Notes: generated by a model from the letters alone, not told the origin. A DNA stretch of 64,000 nt from Rickettsiales bacterium (GCA_017999675.1 JAGNLL010000001.1:196472-260471), one strand, 5' to 3'; shown: positions 51,577 through 62,255, counted from the stretch's first letter. A program made the numbers and translations.

Positions 51577-52861
51577 TTCGCAAAAACTTTTTCGCCAGCT
51601 CAAATAAATCAACCATTGCGTCGCGAATTTTGGCGTCGAAGCCGAGATTTTTTTTGGCCCAATCCTTTACCCAAGGACGTGCCAAATCCCAAATATTTAA
51701 ATTTGGATCAAGCATTAGCCCAACTCCCTCAACGAGAAGAATGGTTTTTTGCAGCAACAGCAATTCAGGTCGCGCGTCCATTTTGTATTCGCGCGTCATT
51801 GTGATTAGGTTGGCTAGAAGCTTGGCAACCGAGATGTCTTTAACATTGGCGCCCACAATTGTTTCGCCAATTTTGCGACAAGACAAAGCGAGACGGTCAA
51901 CTTTGGTGTCGGAGGGAACCAGCCCTGCGTCAATGTGCAGCTGGGCCACGCGCTGGTAATCTTTATTTAAAAAACCGATTAAAATTTCGGCAACGGCAAG
52001 GCGCGTTTTTTTGTCGATTTGACCGACAATGCCAAAATCAACCACGCCAATGTCGCCGTTTTTGAGCAAAAATAAATTGCCTTGGTGCATGTCGGCGTGG
52101 AAAAATCCGTTGGCGTAAACTTGGTTGAAGTAGCTAATGACAAGGTTTTGCGCGATTTGTTTTTTGTCGAAAGGGGCGGCTAAAATTTGGGCTTTGTTAG
52201 AAAATGGAATGCCGTCGAGCCATTCGAGCACGAGAATTTTTGCAGTAGAAAATTTCCAGAAAATTTGTGGAACGTAGAAACCTTTGACGTCTTTTAAATC
52301 TTCTTTGAGGCGCGAGGCGTTGGCGGCTTCTTGTAGCAGGTCGAGTTCGCTTTTTGAAACTTCGGTGAGCACATTGGCAATGTCGGAAAATCCCTTGGCT
52401 AAATGCTTGGAAAAAAGCGGCAAAATTTTGATTAGCAGTTTGAGAGTAGAAATGTCGCGCGCCATTATTTGGGCAATTTGCGGGCGCAAGATTTTTACGG
52501 CAACGCTTGTGCCGTCTTGCAGCGTAGCCTTGTGAACTTGGGCAATTGAAGCCGAGGCAACTGGCGTGAAATTAAATTGCGAAAATATTTTGGTAAAATT
52601 TTCGCCGAATTCTTGGGTTAAAATTTGCTGAACTTTTTTGTGAGAAAATGGTGAGAGATTGTCTTGAAATTTGGCTAAAACTGCGGCCAAAGACTCGCCG
52701 ATTAGGTCTGGCCTAACTGCTAATATTTGGCCCAATTTAACAAATGAGGGTCCGGCGGACTTTAGAAAAAGAAAAACGGCGCAATTTTTATTTAAAAAAT
52801 ACAGCGGCAAAAAAAACAGGGCGAGCGCAGAAAGTCGAAAAAAATTTAAGATTGAAATCAC
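51569..52861 (-). CDS. ubiB: UbiB/ABC1-family atypical kinase (ubiquinone biosynthesis), short form
   Basis: 430 aa. Motifs: GPSFVKLGQILAVRPDL, SASIAQVHKA, FFHADMHQGNLF, VDFGIVG. It ends before the region where E. coli UbiB has its C-terminal TM helices. Confidence 0.85.
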   Translation of the reverse strand: MISILNFFRLSALALFFLPLYFLNKNCAVFLFLKSAGPSFVKLGQILAVRPDLIGESLAAVLAKFQDNLSPFSHKKVQQILTQEFGENFTKIFSQFNFTPVASASIAQVHKATLQDGTSVAVKILRPQIAQIMARDISTLKLLIKILPLFSKHLAKGFSDIANVLTEVSKSELDLLQEAANASRLKEDLKDVKGFYVPQIFWKFSTAKILVLEWLDGIPFSNKAQILAAPFDKKQIAQNLVISYFNQVYANGFFHADMHQGNLFLLKNGDIGVVDFGIVGQIDKKTRLAVAEILIGFLNKDYQRVAQLHIDAGLVPSDTKVDRLALSCRKIGETIVGANVKDISVAKLLANLITMTREYKMDARPELLLLQKTILLVEGVGLMLDPNLNIWDLARPWVKDWAKKNLGFDAKIRDAMVDLFELAKKFLRNV

Positions 52862-52870
52862 GATTTTGGA

Positions 52871-53221
52871 CTACTTTTTAAGAGGGGCGTCAAGCGGCGC
52901 GTGAGTTGGAACAAGAGATCCAGCAGCTTCGCCTTGGTGAACGTCAACTTTGATTTTAGCAAGATCAACCTCAACACCAGCCCAACCAAAAAGTTTCGAT
53001 AAAAGCTGCGAAATGATGTCGATGATGTTGCCAGTCACTTCTTGAATGCGAGAAATAACCAATTTAAAGGCGCTAGCAGCCTCTGGAGATAAATTTAAGA
53101 TCACCACCGCCTCATCCACCGTAATGATGTTTAAAGCCAGCATTACGACCAAAATTGAAAAAGCTGTTGAAGCAAAAACAAGGATTGTGCGAAGGGTGAT
53201 GAAAGAGAGGAGGCTGTTCAT
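52871..53221 (-). CDS. Hypothetical small membrane protein
   Basis: 116 aa with one N-terminal TM (ILVFASTAFSILVVMLAL). No recognisable motif. Confidence 0.4.
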   Translation of the reverse strand: MNSLLSFITLRTILVFASTAFSILVVMLALNIITVDEAVVILNLSPEAASAFKLVISRIQEVTGNIIDIISQLLSKLFGWAGVEVDLAKIKVDVHQGEAAGSLVPTHAPLDAPLKK

Positions 53222-53392
53222 GCTTGATGGAAGTTTTGTTAAAAATGATTTTGTTTTCTTAAGTTTGGCTTAGCGAATATCAAGAAGATTGTGATGCTTG
53301 ATTTGTAAATCAAAATTTGTGAGCAAATTTTTTCTCAAATTTCTGCGCATTTAGAATGTAGAAATTTTAGGAATTCATTTTGCACAAGATTA

Positions 53393-53821
53393 TTATTCTT
53401 TGACACATCGCCCAAAATAGGTGCGTGGTGCTACTGGCTTAGAATTGTAATTCTGCTCAATTAAATGAGCAAAAGTCATGTCGTAAATTTTTTCTTGGCG
53501 CGAAGTAATACTAAAAAGCGGCGACCCTTTTTTGCTTAAACAATAATTTCTTTGCTCAAGAAGGCTTGCTAGAAGATCGGCCTCAGCCTCAGTCATTTTT
53601 GGGTTTTTTTTATCTTTTGGAGAGCCTGAATTTAATTTTGTAAATTCTTCACTTACCGAAAAAGAAAAAGTATCTTTACCGACATTGCTGTGAAGTGTGA
53701 CTCTCCCGTAGCGCGAATAATTTTGTGAGCAAGAAACTACAAACAGAAAAAAAGGCAGAAGTAAAAAACTTCTGCCTTTTTTTTGACTAAACTTTTGAAC
53801 GCTTTGACTAAGATTTTGCAT
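53393..53821 (-). CDS. Hypothetical lipoprotein
   Basis: From ATG 53821: MQNLSQSVQKFSQKKGRSFLLLPFFLFVVSCSQ (lipobox VVSC). No recognisable domain. The start is uncertain (track start 53857). Confidence 0.4.
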   Translation of the reverse strand: MQNLSQSVQKFSQKKGRSFLLLPFFLFVVSCSQNYSRYGRVTLHSNVGKDTFSFSVSEEFTKLNSGSPKDKKNPKMTEAEADLLASLLEQRNYCLSKKGSPLFSITSRQEKIYDMTFAHLIEQNYNSKPVAPRTYFGRCVKE

Positions 53822-54233
53822 CTGCAACAGATTTTTCTGCAACAACAGCTTGATCAAAGAAATCTAACTTCTCTTTAATTCTAGAAGCCTTTCCAGTAAG
53901 GTTGCGCAAATAGTAAAGTTTTGCACGACGAACCACACCATGCTTCAAAACGTCAACTCCAGCAAGTAGTGGAGAATAAAGCGGGAATTTTCTTTCAACA
54001 CCAACTCCGCTGCTGATTTTTCTAACGGTAAATGTTGCGGCGTAATTTGATTCGTCTTTTGTTCTAGCTAGTACAACACCATTAAAAGCCTGAATACGAG
54101 TGTTTGAACCTTCTGTAATTTTGTATTTAACACTAACGGTGTCACCAACTTTGAATTTGGTTAGCTCAAAGCCACGTGATTCTTTTATTTTTTTGACTTG
54201 CTCTTGAGCAAAATCTGAAAGGATTTTTTTCAT
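53808..54233 (-). CDS. rplS: 50S ribosomal protein L19
   Basis: 141 aa. F.VGDTV.V.Y.I.EG...R.Q.F.GVV....K......FTVRKIS.GVGVER.FPL.SP. Confidence 0.92.
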   Translation of the reverse strand: MKKILSDFAQEQVKKIKESRGFELTKFKVGDTVSVKYKITEGSNTRIQAFNGVVLARTKDESNYAATFTVRKISSGVGVERKFPLYSPLLAGVDVLKHGVVRRAKLYYLRNLTGKASRIKEKLDFFDQAVVAEKSVADAKS

Positions 54234-54261
54234 AATTTATCTTAAATTTTTATCGTCACTT

Positions 54262-54290
54262 GAAAGCAAAAAGCTCAGAACTACTGAGCT
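54262..54290 (-). terminator. Hairpin overlapping the rplQ stop codon (terminator/attenuator)
   Basis: On the minus strand: AGCUCAG-UAGUU-CUGAGCU followed by UUUUGCUUU. The 7-bp stem is modest. Confidence 0.45.
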
Positions 54291-54703
54291 TTTTTTGCTA
54301 ATTTTTCTTTTTTAGAAGTTTCTGCTTGAGCCTCTTCTTCAACAATAACCCTGTCAACAAGCTCAATAACGGCCATTGGGGCTTTATCACCAGTTCTAAA
54401 GCCAAACTTCATTATTCTGGTGTATCCACCATTTCTTTTGGCAACCAATGGCCCAATCTCTTTGAACAATCTGTCGGTAATTTCTTGATCACCTAAAATT
54501 GAAATAGCTAAGCGACGATTTGCTAGAGAATCTGTTTTCGCTAAAGTAATCACTTTCTCAATATAAGGTCTTAACTCCTTTGCTTTAGGCAAAGTTGTTT
54601 TGATTAATTCATGCTTAAGAAAAGCTAGCGACAAGTTGCGCATTAAAGCTTTTCTGTGAGCGCTATTTCTATTAAGCTTTCTACCTTTGATTCCATGTTT
54701 CAT
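54281..54703 (-). CDS. rplQ: 50S ribosomal protein L17
   Basis: [24 protein letters not shown]...GGYTRI. Confidence 0.95.
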   Translation of the reverse strand: MKHGIKGRKLNRNSAHRKALMRNLSLAFLKHELIKTTLPKAKELRPYIEKVITLAKTDSLANRRLAISILGDQEITDRLFKEIGPLVAKRNGGYTRIMKFGFRTGDKAPMAVIELVDRVIVEEEAQAETSKKEKLAKKAQ

Positions 54704-54704
54704 T

Positions 54705-55733
54705 TTAGAACTCTTTATTTTTTAGTTTGAGTAATTCGTCCATATTTTTTGGCGGCCAGTTAATTAGCTTCATTCCAAAACCTAATCCCATTACCTTAAG
54801 ATTTTCTTTTAACTCATTGAGAGATTTTCTTCCAAAGTTAGCTGTTTTGAGCATTTCAGCTTCACTCTTAGAAACTAAATCACCTACGTAGATAATATTT
54901 TCATTTTTTAAGCAATTATATGAGCGAACCGAAAGTTCTAACTCATCAATTGTTCTCAAAAGATTTTTGTTAAACTCAGGCTCAGAATCACTCTCTTTAT
55001 AAACAGGCATATCAATTTTATTAGCATCAAAATTGATGAAGACTTGTAGCTGATCTTGTAAAATTTTAGCAGCTACTGCAAGGGCATCTCTTGGAGATAT
55101 CGTGCCATTAGTGTCTATTTCCATGATCAACTTATCAAAATCTGTTATCTGACCAACACGAGCATTCTCAACTTTATATGCCACTTTCTTTATAGGGCTA
55201 AACATTGCATCAACCATAATCGTTCCAACTGGTCTGTCATGTTTCTTACCACTCTCAGCAACAACGTATCCCTTACCACACTCAATATTGATCTGCATGT
55301 CAATTTTTGAGCCTTTGTTCAGGGTGCATATCACTAGGTCCTTATTCAAAATTTCTACTCCCGCAGGAACCTCAATTGATCCAGCATATACTGGACCAGC
55401 TTTACTAGAGGATAATCTTAATATTGAAGAAGACGAATCGCCTTTAGTAACAGCCAAAGACTTGAGATTCATTATAATATCTAAAACATCTTCTTTGACA
55501 CCATCAATTGCACTATATTCGTGAGTGATGCCCTCAATTTTAACAGAAGTAACCGCAAAGCCATTGATCGATGATAACAAAACTCTTCTCAGAGAGTTAC
55601 CAAGAGTATTACCAAAACCTCTTGCGAAAGGCTCCATAACAATTACTGATCTGGTCATGCTATCAGAACCGTCTTTAACTACAACAGAACTAGGTTTTGC
55701 AAGTGAGTGCCAGCTTTCTTTTAAAATTGCCAT
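54705..55733 (-). CDS. rpoA: DNA-directed RNA polymerase subunit alpha
   Basis: 342 aa. NTD ([20 protein letters not shown]) and CTD ([13 protein letters not shown]...IIYVGDL). Confidence 0.96.
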   Translation of the reverse strand: MAILKESWHSLAKPSSVVVKDGSDSMTRSVIVMEPFARGFGNTLGNSLRRVLLSSINGFAVTSVKIEGITHEYSAIDGVKEDVLDIIMNLKSLAVTKGDSSSSILRLSSSKAGPVYAGSIEVPAGVEILNKDLVICTLNKGSKIDMQINIECGKGYVVAESGKKHDRPVGTIMVDAMFSPIKKVAYKVENARVGQITDFDKLIMEIDTNGTISPRDALAVAAKILQDQLQVFINFDANKIDMPVYKESDSEPEFNKNLLRTIDELELSVRSYNCLKNENIIYVGDLVSKSEAEMLKTANFGRKSLNELKENLKVMGLGFGMKLINWPPKNMDELLKLKNKEF

Positions 55734-55778
55734 AATTGAAAAAATCCTGATTTAAAAATTTAGAAATAATTTAAGAAA

Positions 55779-56192
55779 TTAAACGCGACGTCTCTTGGCT
55801 GGACGGCATCCATTATGTGGATGATAAGTGATATCTTTAATCAAAGTAACATTAATACCAGCCGCTTGAATAGCGCGAAGAGAGGCCTCTCTGCCAACTC
55901 CAGGACCTCTAATTTCGACTAATACATTTTGCAATCCATACTCTTTTGCAGAGTTTATGACGTGCTGAGTTGCAACCTGAGCGGCATAAGGAGTTGCTTT
56001 TCTTGAACCCTTAAAGCCATGCTTACCAGCTGAAGACCAACACACAATATTACCGTTTTGATCTGAAACGGAAACAATTGTATTATTAAAGCTAGCAAAA
56101 ACATGGACTACTCCATTGATAATACTTTTTTTCTTTTTACTAGTTTTTGAGGTTATCTTTTTTTCGCCCGATTGAGATTTAGTTTCTGTCAT
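55779..56192 (-). CDS. rpsK: 30S ribosomal protein S11
   Basis: HVFASFNNTIVSVSD...GFKGSRK.TPYAAQ...D.T..PHNGCRP.KRRRV. Confidence 0.96.
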   Translation of the reverse strand: MTETKSQSGEKKITSKTSKKKKSIINGVVHVFASFNNTIVSVSDQNGNIVCWSSAGKHGFKGSRKATPYAAQVATQHVINSAKEYGLQNVLVEIRGPGVGREASLRAIQAAGINVTLIKDITYHPHNGCRPAKRRRV

Positions 56193-56202
56193 ATGATTTT
56201 AA

Positions 56203-56583
56203 TTATTTAACTGCTTTTTTCTTTCCAGCAATTGCAACGCCTTTGCCTTTACGAGTTCTTGCATTGGTGTGAGTTCTTTGTCCTCTTACAGGAAGCTTCT
56301 TCACATGCCTAACGCCACGATAACAACCAATATCAGCCAACCTTTTAATATCAGCTGCAACTTTTCTTCTTAGATCACCTTCAAGAACAGAGCGCTCTTT
56401 TTCTAGAAGAGCTCTAACTTGAGCAACTTTTTCTTCGCTGACTTGATGAGTTCTAAGCTGAAGATCAATTTTTAATTTTTGACAAATTTTTTGTGCGGTA
56501 TTACTACCAATTCCGTATATGTAAGTTAAAGAAATCACAAAACGCTTTTCTTTTGGAATGTTTACACCAGCGATTCTAGCCAA
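56203..56583 (-). CDS. rpsM: 30S ribosomal protein S13
   Basis: [10 protein letters not shown]...YIYGIG...CYRG.RH...[15 protein letters not shown]. Confidence 0.96.
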   Translation of the reverse strand: MARIAGVNIPKEKRFVISLTYIYGIGSNTAQKICQKLKIDLQLRTHQVSEEKVAQVRALLEKERSVLEGDLRRKVAADIKRLADIGCYRGVRHVKKLPVRGQRTHTNARTRKGKGVAIAGKKKAVK

Positions 56584-56611
56584 GCTAAGTACCCTCTTTT
56601 TTTATTAATAT

Positions 56612-57271
56612 TTATTTTTGGAAAACTTTATAAGTTACTTCAACCAACGCCTCAAAAACGAGGGGCGGGCTTTCTACAGCCCTGATTGAAAGAAGCAAGT
56701 TATTCTTTTTGTAGTAATCGATCAGTGGAAATGTCGATTCATGATAAACCTTAAGACGATTATTTATAGTTTCTTCGGAATCGTCTTTTCTGTTTTCAAA
56801 GTCGATTGATCCGCACTTATCACAAACACCATCTTTTTTTGGCAACTTGAAGTAACGGTTATAAATTTCCCCACAACCTTTACAAGAAAATCTGCCTAAA
56901 ATTCTTTTTACTAAAACGTCTTCAGAAACATCAAAATTAAAAACAATATCGATTTTCTTACCAATGTTACGAAGCATCTCGTCGAGCTTAACCGCTTGTG
57001 CTATATTTCTTGGAAAGCCATCAAGGATAAATCCTTTGCCGCAAGATTCTTCAGCAACTTGTTTTTTTATGATGTCGATCACCACTTCATCTGGAACTAA
57101 TTTTCCGGAATCCATGTAAGACTTTGCAAGTTTTCCGATATCACTTTGCTGCAATACTTCTTTGCGCAAAACTTCACCGGTTGAAACTGCAGTGATTTCT
57201 AATTTCTTGGCAAGCATTACAGCTTGGGTGCCCTTTCCAGATCCAGGAGCACCTAGGAAAATAATATTCAT
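56612..57271 (-). CDS. adk: Adenylate kinase (Zn-lid type)
   Basis: MNIIFLGAPGSGKGTQA, and a lid CKGCGEIY...CDKCG. Confidence 0.94.
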   Translation of the reverse strand: MNIIFLGAPGSGKGTQAVMLAKKLEITAVSTGEVLRKEVLQQSDIGKLAKSYMDSGKLVPDEVVIDIIKKQVAEESCGKGFILDGFPRNIAQAVKLDEMLRNIGKKIDIVFNFDVSEDVLVKRILGRFSCKGCGEIYNRYFKLPKKDGVCDKCGSIDFENRKDDSEETINNRLKVYHESTFPLIDYYKKNNLLLSIRAVESPPLVFEALVEVTYKVFQK

Positions 57272-58551
57272 CCTCTCACCCTTACTCTTCTTTTTTTAGT
57301 AGCAGATCCGTATTTGCTAGAAAACAAGTGAGATTGGATTTGGTTTATTAAATCCATAACCACGTTGACCATAATTAAAATTCCAGTTCCACCAATATGA
57401 AGTGGGATTGAATATTTTGTGACCAAAATTTCTGGCACAGAGCAGACAAATATTAAGTAAATTGCACCGAGTAAAGTTAGACGCGAAACGATTTTATCAA
57501 GATGCGCTGAAGTTGATGCACCGGGTCTAACACCCAGAATAAAGCAGTTACTTTTCTTCAAATTATTTGCGACATCTTCGGTGTTAAAAATAATCGAAGA
57601 GTAAAAGTAAGAGAAAAACAAAATGAGCAGTGAGAATAATATCAGGTAAATACTACCACCCCTTTGCAAAGCGAAGAATATAGACGAGCTTCCATCCGTT
57701 CCGATAAACTGAGCGATGGCAGCTGGAAACATTAAAATTGAACTTGCAAAAATTGGAGGTATGACACCAGAGATATTGATCTTCAAAGGCAAAAATGATG
57801 AGTCGCTCGCACCAGATGATTTCATCATTGCACCATTTGGATATTGGATTTTAATACGCTTGTGAGTTTTTTCAACAAAGCAAACCAGCATTAAAAATGC
57901 AGCAAAAACTACAAAGAATAGTAAAAGTATAAACCAAGAATAAACACCAGTTCTAGCTAGATCAAAAACTTGTATAATGGTCGATGGCAACGATGAAACG
58001 ATACCAACAAAGATTATGAGAGAAATGCCGTTACCAATACCAGAAGAAGTAATTTTTTCACCAAACCACATCAAAATTACTGTACCTCCAACTAAGCTAA
58101 TACAAGTCGTCCACATAAAAATGTTCGACTCTGAAATGAAGGCGTTGTGATCAGAATTAGAAAGCGCGTAATAAACTCCAATCGATTGGAAGAAGGCCAG
58201 AACGATAGTCAAATAGCGAGTATATTGGTTAATTTTAGCGCGGCCATATTCACCCTCCTTCTTCAAATTCTCTAAGCCTTTGTACATTGAAGTCAAAAGC
58301 TGCATGATGATTGAAGAAGTGATGTATGGCATAATGTTTAAAGCAAAGATACTCATTCTTTCTAAGGCTCCCCCAGAAAAAAGATTAATCATGCCAAACA
58401 CGTTAGCACCCTCACCGGCAAAGAACTTTTTTAATACTTCGATATTGATACCAGGAATTGGTACGAAGGTACCAAATCTATAAACGAGTAAAATGAATAT
58501 CGTAAATAGGATTCTTTTTTTTAGCTCTGAATTTGCGGCTAATGAGGACAT
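57268..58551 (-). CDS. secY: Preprotein translocase subunit SecY
   Basis: 427 aa with 10 TM segments. Motifs: FALNIMPYITSSIIMQLL, GGTGILI. Confidence 0.95.
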   Translation of the reverse strand: MSSLAANSELKKRILFTIFILLVYRFGTFVPIPGINIEVLKKFFAGEGANVFGMINLFSGGALERMSIFALNIMPYITSSIIMQLLTSMYKGLENLKKEGEYGRAKINQYTRYLTIVLAFFQSIGVYYALSNSDHNAFISESNIFMWTTCISLVGGTVILMWFGEKITSSGIGNGISLIIFVGIVSSLPSTIIQVFDLARTGVYSWFILLLFFVVFAAFLMLVCFVEKTHKRIKIQYPNGAMMKSSGASDSSFLPLKINISGVIPPIFASSILMFPAAIAQFIGTDGSSSIFFALQRGGSIYLILFSLLILFFSYFYSSIIFNTEDVANNLKKSNCFILGVRPGASTSAHLDKIVSRLTLLGAIYLIFVCSVPEILVTKYSIPLHIGGTGILIMVNVVMDLINQIQSHLFSSKYGSATKKRRVRVRG

Positions 58552-58991
58552 TACAGAGAGAAGGCTTTAGCTTTTTCTGAATAGGAATCAACAGCAACTT
58601 TAAACTTAGCAGCAGCTAATGCAGCATCTTTGCTCATGATCAATTTTACTGCAGAGTTTTTATCTTTGATCAATCCAGCTATTTCCAAATGTTCTTTGGT
58701 GATTGTTGCAGCAGAGTTTAGTTTTTTGCTTTCTACAAATTTTGAAATATCGCGAATATTCACTACTTCGATTTCTTTGCGCAAAACATTAACAAAGCCT
58801 CTTTTAGGAAGGCGCATGTAAATTGGAGTTTGACCACCTTCAAAACCTTTTACAGAATGGTGACCAGTTCTAGCCTTTTGACCTTTTACACCGCGACCAG
58901 AAGTTTTACCTTTACCAGATCCGATACCACGACCGACTCTGATGCGAGAATTTCTTTTAATTTTTGGTAGACCTTGAAGAGAAAGAGACAT
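58551..58991 (-). CDS. rplO: 50S ribosomal protein L15
   Basis: [24 protein letters not shown]....FEGGQTP...RLPKRGF. Confidence 0.95.
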   Translation of the reverse strand: MSLSLQGLPKIKRNSRIRVGRGIGSGKGKTSGRGVKGQKARTGHHSVKGFEGGQTPIYMRLPKRGFVNVLRKEIEVVNIRDISKFVESKKLNSAATITKEHLEIAGLIKDKNSAVKLIMSKDAALAAAKFKVAVDSYSEKAKAFSL

Positions 58992-58996
58992 GACTT

Positions 58997-59197
58997 TTAA
59001 GCTAATGAAATTTTTACAATATGTTCGATTTTTTTGATCATACCCAAGATTGATTGATCGCAGTTTAGACTAGAAGAACTACCGATTCCTCTAAGGCCAA
59101 GACCAATTAGGTTACCCTTTTGTCTATCATTAAGTTTTGACCCACCTTTAACTTGGGTGATAACGATTTTTTTATTTAAAAAAGTTTTGTTTGGCAT
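58997..59197 (-). CDS. rpmD: 50S ribosomal protein L30
   Basis: 66 aa. I.ITQVKG......Q...L.GLGLR.IG, positioned between rpsE and rplO. Confidence 0.9.
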   Translation of the reverse strand: MPNKTFLNKKIVITQVKGGSKLNDRQKGNLIGLGLRGIGSSSSLNCDQSILGMIKKIEHIVKISLA

Positions 59198-59776
59198 CTA
59201 TTCAGCTCCCTCTTTTTTTTCTTTTTCTACTTCATGATTAAGCGCCAAATTTCTTCTTTTGACGATTTCAGAAATTTCTTTCGATCTTCTTTCAGCAACT
59301 ATTTTAGGAGAAACTAAGCCTTTAAGTGCGGCGAATGTAGCTCCCACCATGTTGTATGGGTTTGAAGTTCCAACTGATTTAGCAACGATATCGTGAATTC
59401 CTGCACATTCAAAAATAGCACGCATTGGACCACCAGCAATAACTCCAGTACCTGCTGGAGCTGCTCTCAAATAAACTTTAGCTGAGCAAAATCTGGCAAA
59501 AATATCGTGATGAATTGTACGACCTTCTTTCAAAGAAATTTTTGTCATGGCCTTTTTCGCTGCTTCGAAGGCTTTATTTTTAGCATCAGAAACTTCTGTT
59601 GCGTTTCCCTTACCAAAACCAACTCGGCCATTTTTATCGCCAACAACTACCAAAGCTGCAAATGACATGTTTTTGCCACCTTTTACGGTTTTAGAAACGC
59701 GATTAATTGAAATCAATTTTTCTACGATTTCTGAATTTGCACCTTCTTTTTGATGACCTTTTACCTGTTTTGACAT
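59198..59776 (-). CDS. rpsE: 30S ribosomal protein S5
   Basis: [27 protein letters not shown]...EV, AAPAGTG.IAGG. Confidence 0.96.
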   Translation of the reverse strand: MSKQVKGHQKEGANSEIVEKLISINRVSKTVKGGKNMSFAALVVVGDKNGRVGFGKGNATEVSDAKNKAFEAAKKAMTKISLKEGRTIHHDIFARFCSAKVYLRAAPAGTGVIAGGPMRAIFECAGIHDIVAKSVGTSNPYNMVGATFAALKGLVSPKIVAERRSKEISEIVKRRNLALNHEVEKEKKEGAE

Positions 59777-59793
59777 TTTAAATTTTAAATTAG

Positions 59794-60138
59794 TTAGAAC
59801 TGCAATCCAGCTTCACGACAAGACTCCGCGATGGTCTTAACGCGACCACTATATGCATAAGCACCTTTATCGAAAACAACTTGGCTAATGCCATTTTTCA
59901 AGCAGATTTTAGCAAATTCTTTGCCAACTACTTTAGCTTTTTCAATACCGCTAATTTTTTTATCTTCTGTAAAATTAAGAGTTGAGTAAGCAGCCAAAAT
60001 TTTACCATCAACACTTACTAGCTGAGCATAAATATTTTGATTAGATCTTGAAACAACGATTCTAGGTCTTTCAGATTTATTATTCTGAATGATGGCATTT
60101 CTGACTCTGAACTTTCTTCTTTGATAGCTTGTAATCAT
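59794..60138 (-). CDS. rplR: 50S ribosomal protein L18
   Basis: 114 aa. RPRIVV.RSN..IYAQL, FD.G.Y.Y.GRV...A...RE.GL.F. Confidence 0.94.
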   Translation of the reverse strand: MITSYQRRKFRVRNAIIQNNKSERPRIVVSRSNQNIYAQLVSVDGKILAAYSTLNFTEDKKISGIEKAKVVGKEFAKICLKNGISQVVFDKGAYAYSGRVKTIAESCREAGLQF

Positions 60139-60139
60139 G

Positions 60140-60676
60140 TTATTTTTTCTTACCCTCTTTTCTTAGAATTTTCTTACCAAAAACCTTCACGCCTTTACCT
60201 TTGTAAGGCTCAGGCTTTCTGAAAGAAATAATTTCTGCAGCAACTTGACCAACTAGAATATTATCGTCACCAGAGATAATGATTAAATTTGGCTTCTCAA
60301 AAACAGCAGTGATTCCTTTTGGAAGAGCATAAAAAATTTCATGACTATATCCCAAAGTCAGAATCAAAACTGATTTATCGACAGATGCTTTGTACCCTAC
60401 CCCGTTAATTTCTAGAGTGGTTTTGAAACCAGTCTGTAGTCCCAAAACAATATTTTTAATATTGCTTCTATCCATACCCACAAACATTGAAATGTCAGGG
60501 ATTGTTTTGTCGATGGCGGCAAGTTTAATTTGCTTATCAAGCACCTCTACACCAACACCAGGACTAACTTTATATGTTTTTTTAACCTTTCCAGAATCAA
60601 GAGTGATAACGTCTTTATCAACTGTAACCTTGATATTATCCGGGATAGCAACAGGTAATTTTCCTACGCGAGACAT
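60140..60676 (-). CDS. rplF: 50S ribosomal protein L6
   Basis: MSRVGKLPVAIPDNIKVTV...GVGYKA...PEPYKGKG. Confidence 0.95.
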   Translation of the reverse strand: MSRVGKLPVAIPDNIKVTVDKDVITLDSGKVKKTYKVSPGVGVEVLDKQIKLAAIDKTIPDISMFVGMDRSNIKNIVLGLQTGFKTTLEINGVGYKASVDKSVLILTLGYSHEIFYALPKGITAVFEKPNLIIISGDDNILVGQVAAEIISFRKPEPYKGKGVKVFGKKILRKEGKKK

Positions 60677-60685
60677 TTGTTTTAA

Positions 60686-61081
60686 CTAAAATATTTTAAA
60701 GAGAACTTCACCACCAAGTTTTTTTGTTCTGGCTTCATAATCGATCATAACACCTTGAGAAGTTGAAATGACGATCATTCCTAATCCATTTTTCACCAAA
60801 GGAATTTTTGTCGCATGACAATAAACTCTTTTTCCTGGCTTAGATATAACCTGAATTTCGTTAACTACTGGATTTGAGAAATGATATTTCAAATGAATGT
60901 CGAATTTTTCAAAATTGCCGTCTTTAACTCTACTGTAGTTAAGGATGTAACCCTCATCTTTTAGGATGCGCAGAATATCTTCTCTTAATTGAGAAACTGG
61001 GCAAGAAATGCTTGATTTTTTGACCATGTAGCCGTTTTTAATTCTAGCTACTAGATCTGATACCGAATGATTAAAAGACAT
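60686..61081 (-). CDS. rpsH: 30S ribosomal protein S8
   Basis: D..ARIKNG........PVS.L...IL.ILKDEGYI...ISKPG.RVY...GG.EVL. Confidence 0.95.
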   Translation of the reverse strand: MSFNHSVSDLVARIKNGYMVKKSSISCPVSQLREDILRILKDEGYILNYSRVKDGNFEKFDIHLKYHFSNPVVNEIQVISKPGKRVYCHATKIPLVKNGLGMIVISTSQGVMIDYEARTKKLGGEVLFKIF

Positions 61082-61087
61082 TTATTA

Positions 61088-61393
61088 CTACCAACTTGAT
61101 TTAATTAAACCTGGAATTTGCCCCCAAGACGCCAATTCTCTAACCGCAATACGAGATAAGCCAAATTTTCTAAGATTACCTCTAGGTCTTCCACTTAAAG
61201 CACATCTGTTTCTGTGTCTGATGCGCGCACCATCACGAGACATTTCCGAAAGCTTAATTTGAGCCATTAATCTTTCTTCGAATGGCAATGACTGATCTTT
61301 TGCAGTTGCAATAGCTTTTTGTCTTTTTGCTTTATGCAATTGTGACAACTCTTTTCTATTGTTGTTTTTGATAATTGACGATTTTTTTGCCAT
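61088..61393 (-). CDS. rpsN: 30S ribosomal protein S14 (long form)
   Basis: 101 aa. MAKKSSI.KNN.R, RNRC..SGRPRG..RKFGLSRI..RE.A..G.IPG..KSSW. Confidence 0.95.
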   Translation of the reverse strand: MAKKSSIIKNNNRKELSQLHKAKRQKAIATAKDQSLPFEERLMAQIKLSEMSRDGARIRHRNRCALSGRPRGNLRKFGLSRIAVRELASWGQIPGLIKSSW

Positions 61394-61394
61394 A

Positions 61395-61931
61395 TTACTT
61401 GATTGGGAAATTAAGTTTTTTTAACAGGTACAGAGCCTCTTCTTTACTTTGAGCAGTAGTCACAACGGTAATATTCATACCAAAAACTTTTGGAACGTTG
61501 TCTAGATCAACTTCAAGGAATATATTATGTTCTTTTACACCGAAAGAATAGTGATGGCTTTGGTTAAAACCCTTAGAAGACAAACCTCTAAAATCTCTGA
61601 TTCTCGGAAGAGCAATATTGGTCAACCTGTCCAAAAACTCATACATTTTTTTACCTCTAAGAGTCACTCTGCAACCAATTGGTAGGTCTTTTCTTAGTTT
61701 AAAAGTAGAGATCGCTTTACGAGATTTGGTCAAAACTGCTTTTTGACCAGCAATATTTGAAACTTGAGTAGCCAAGTAAGCTAAGAATTTATTGTCGCTA
61801 TCCGCCGCTTTAATACCAACGTTAAGACTAATCATTTTTAATCTTGGTATCGCCATGTCATTTTTGTAGGAGAATTTTCCCTTCAAATCTGCAATCGAGT
61901 CTTTGTAAAGTTTTTCAGTTATAGTTTGCAT
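61395..61931 (-). CDS. rplE: 50S ribosomal protein L5
   Basis: 178 aa. PRL..I.LN.G, LRG..MYEFLDRL....LPRIRDFRG. Confidence 0.95.
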   Translation of the reverse strand: MQTITEKLYKDSIADLKGKFSYKNDMAIPRLKMISLNVGIKAADSDNKFLAYLATQVSNIAGQKAVLTKSRKAISTFKLRKDLPIGCRVTLRGKKMYEFLDRLTNIALPRIRDFRGLSSKGFNQSHHYSFGVKEHNIFLEVDLDNVPKVFGMNITVVTTAQSKEEALYLLKKLNFPIK

Positions 61932-61934
61932 TGT

Positions 61935-62252
61935 TTATACAATTTTTTTTCCAGATTTTTTTGAAACACGACTTTTTCTGGTAAAAATCTTTCCCTCACC
62001 AGATTCAGTCACAAATTTAATTTTTACTGCCTTACCTTCTTCAACATGAGAAATGTTTGAAATATGAATCGGCTTCTCAACTTTAACAATTTGTCCAGGA
62101 GCTGCTGATGTTGGTTTTTTATGAACAGTTGCAACGTTCACCCCCTCTACAGTTACTTTTGTCGTAGACAAAGAAATAATCTTTCCAATCTTACCTTTGC
62201 TAGATCCAGAAATGACGATAACTTGGTCGTTTTTCTTAAATTTTTGTGCCAT
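61935..62252 (-). CDS. rplX: 50S ribosomal protein L24
   Basis: KKNDQVIVISGSSKGKIGKI (KOW motif). Confidence 0.94.
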   Translation of the reverse strand: MAQKFKKNDQVIVISGSSKGKIGKIISLSTTKVTVEGVNVATVHKKPTSAAPGQIVKVEKPIHISNISHVEEGKAVKIKFVTESGEGKIFTRKSRVSKKSGKKIV

Positions 62253-62255
62253 TTT

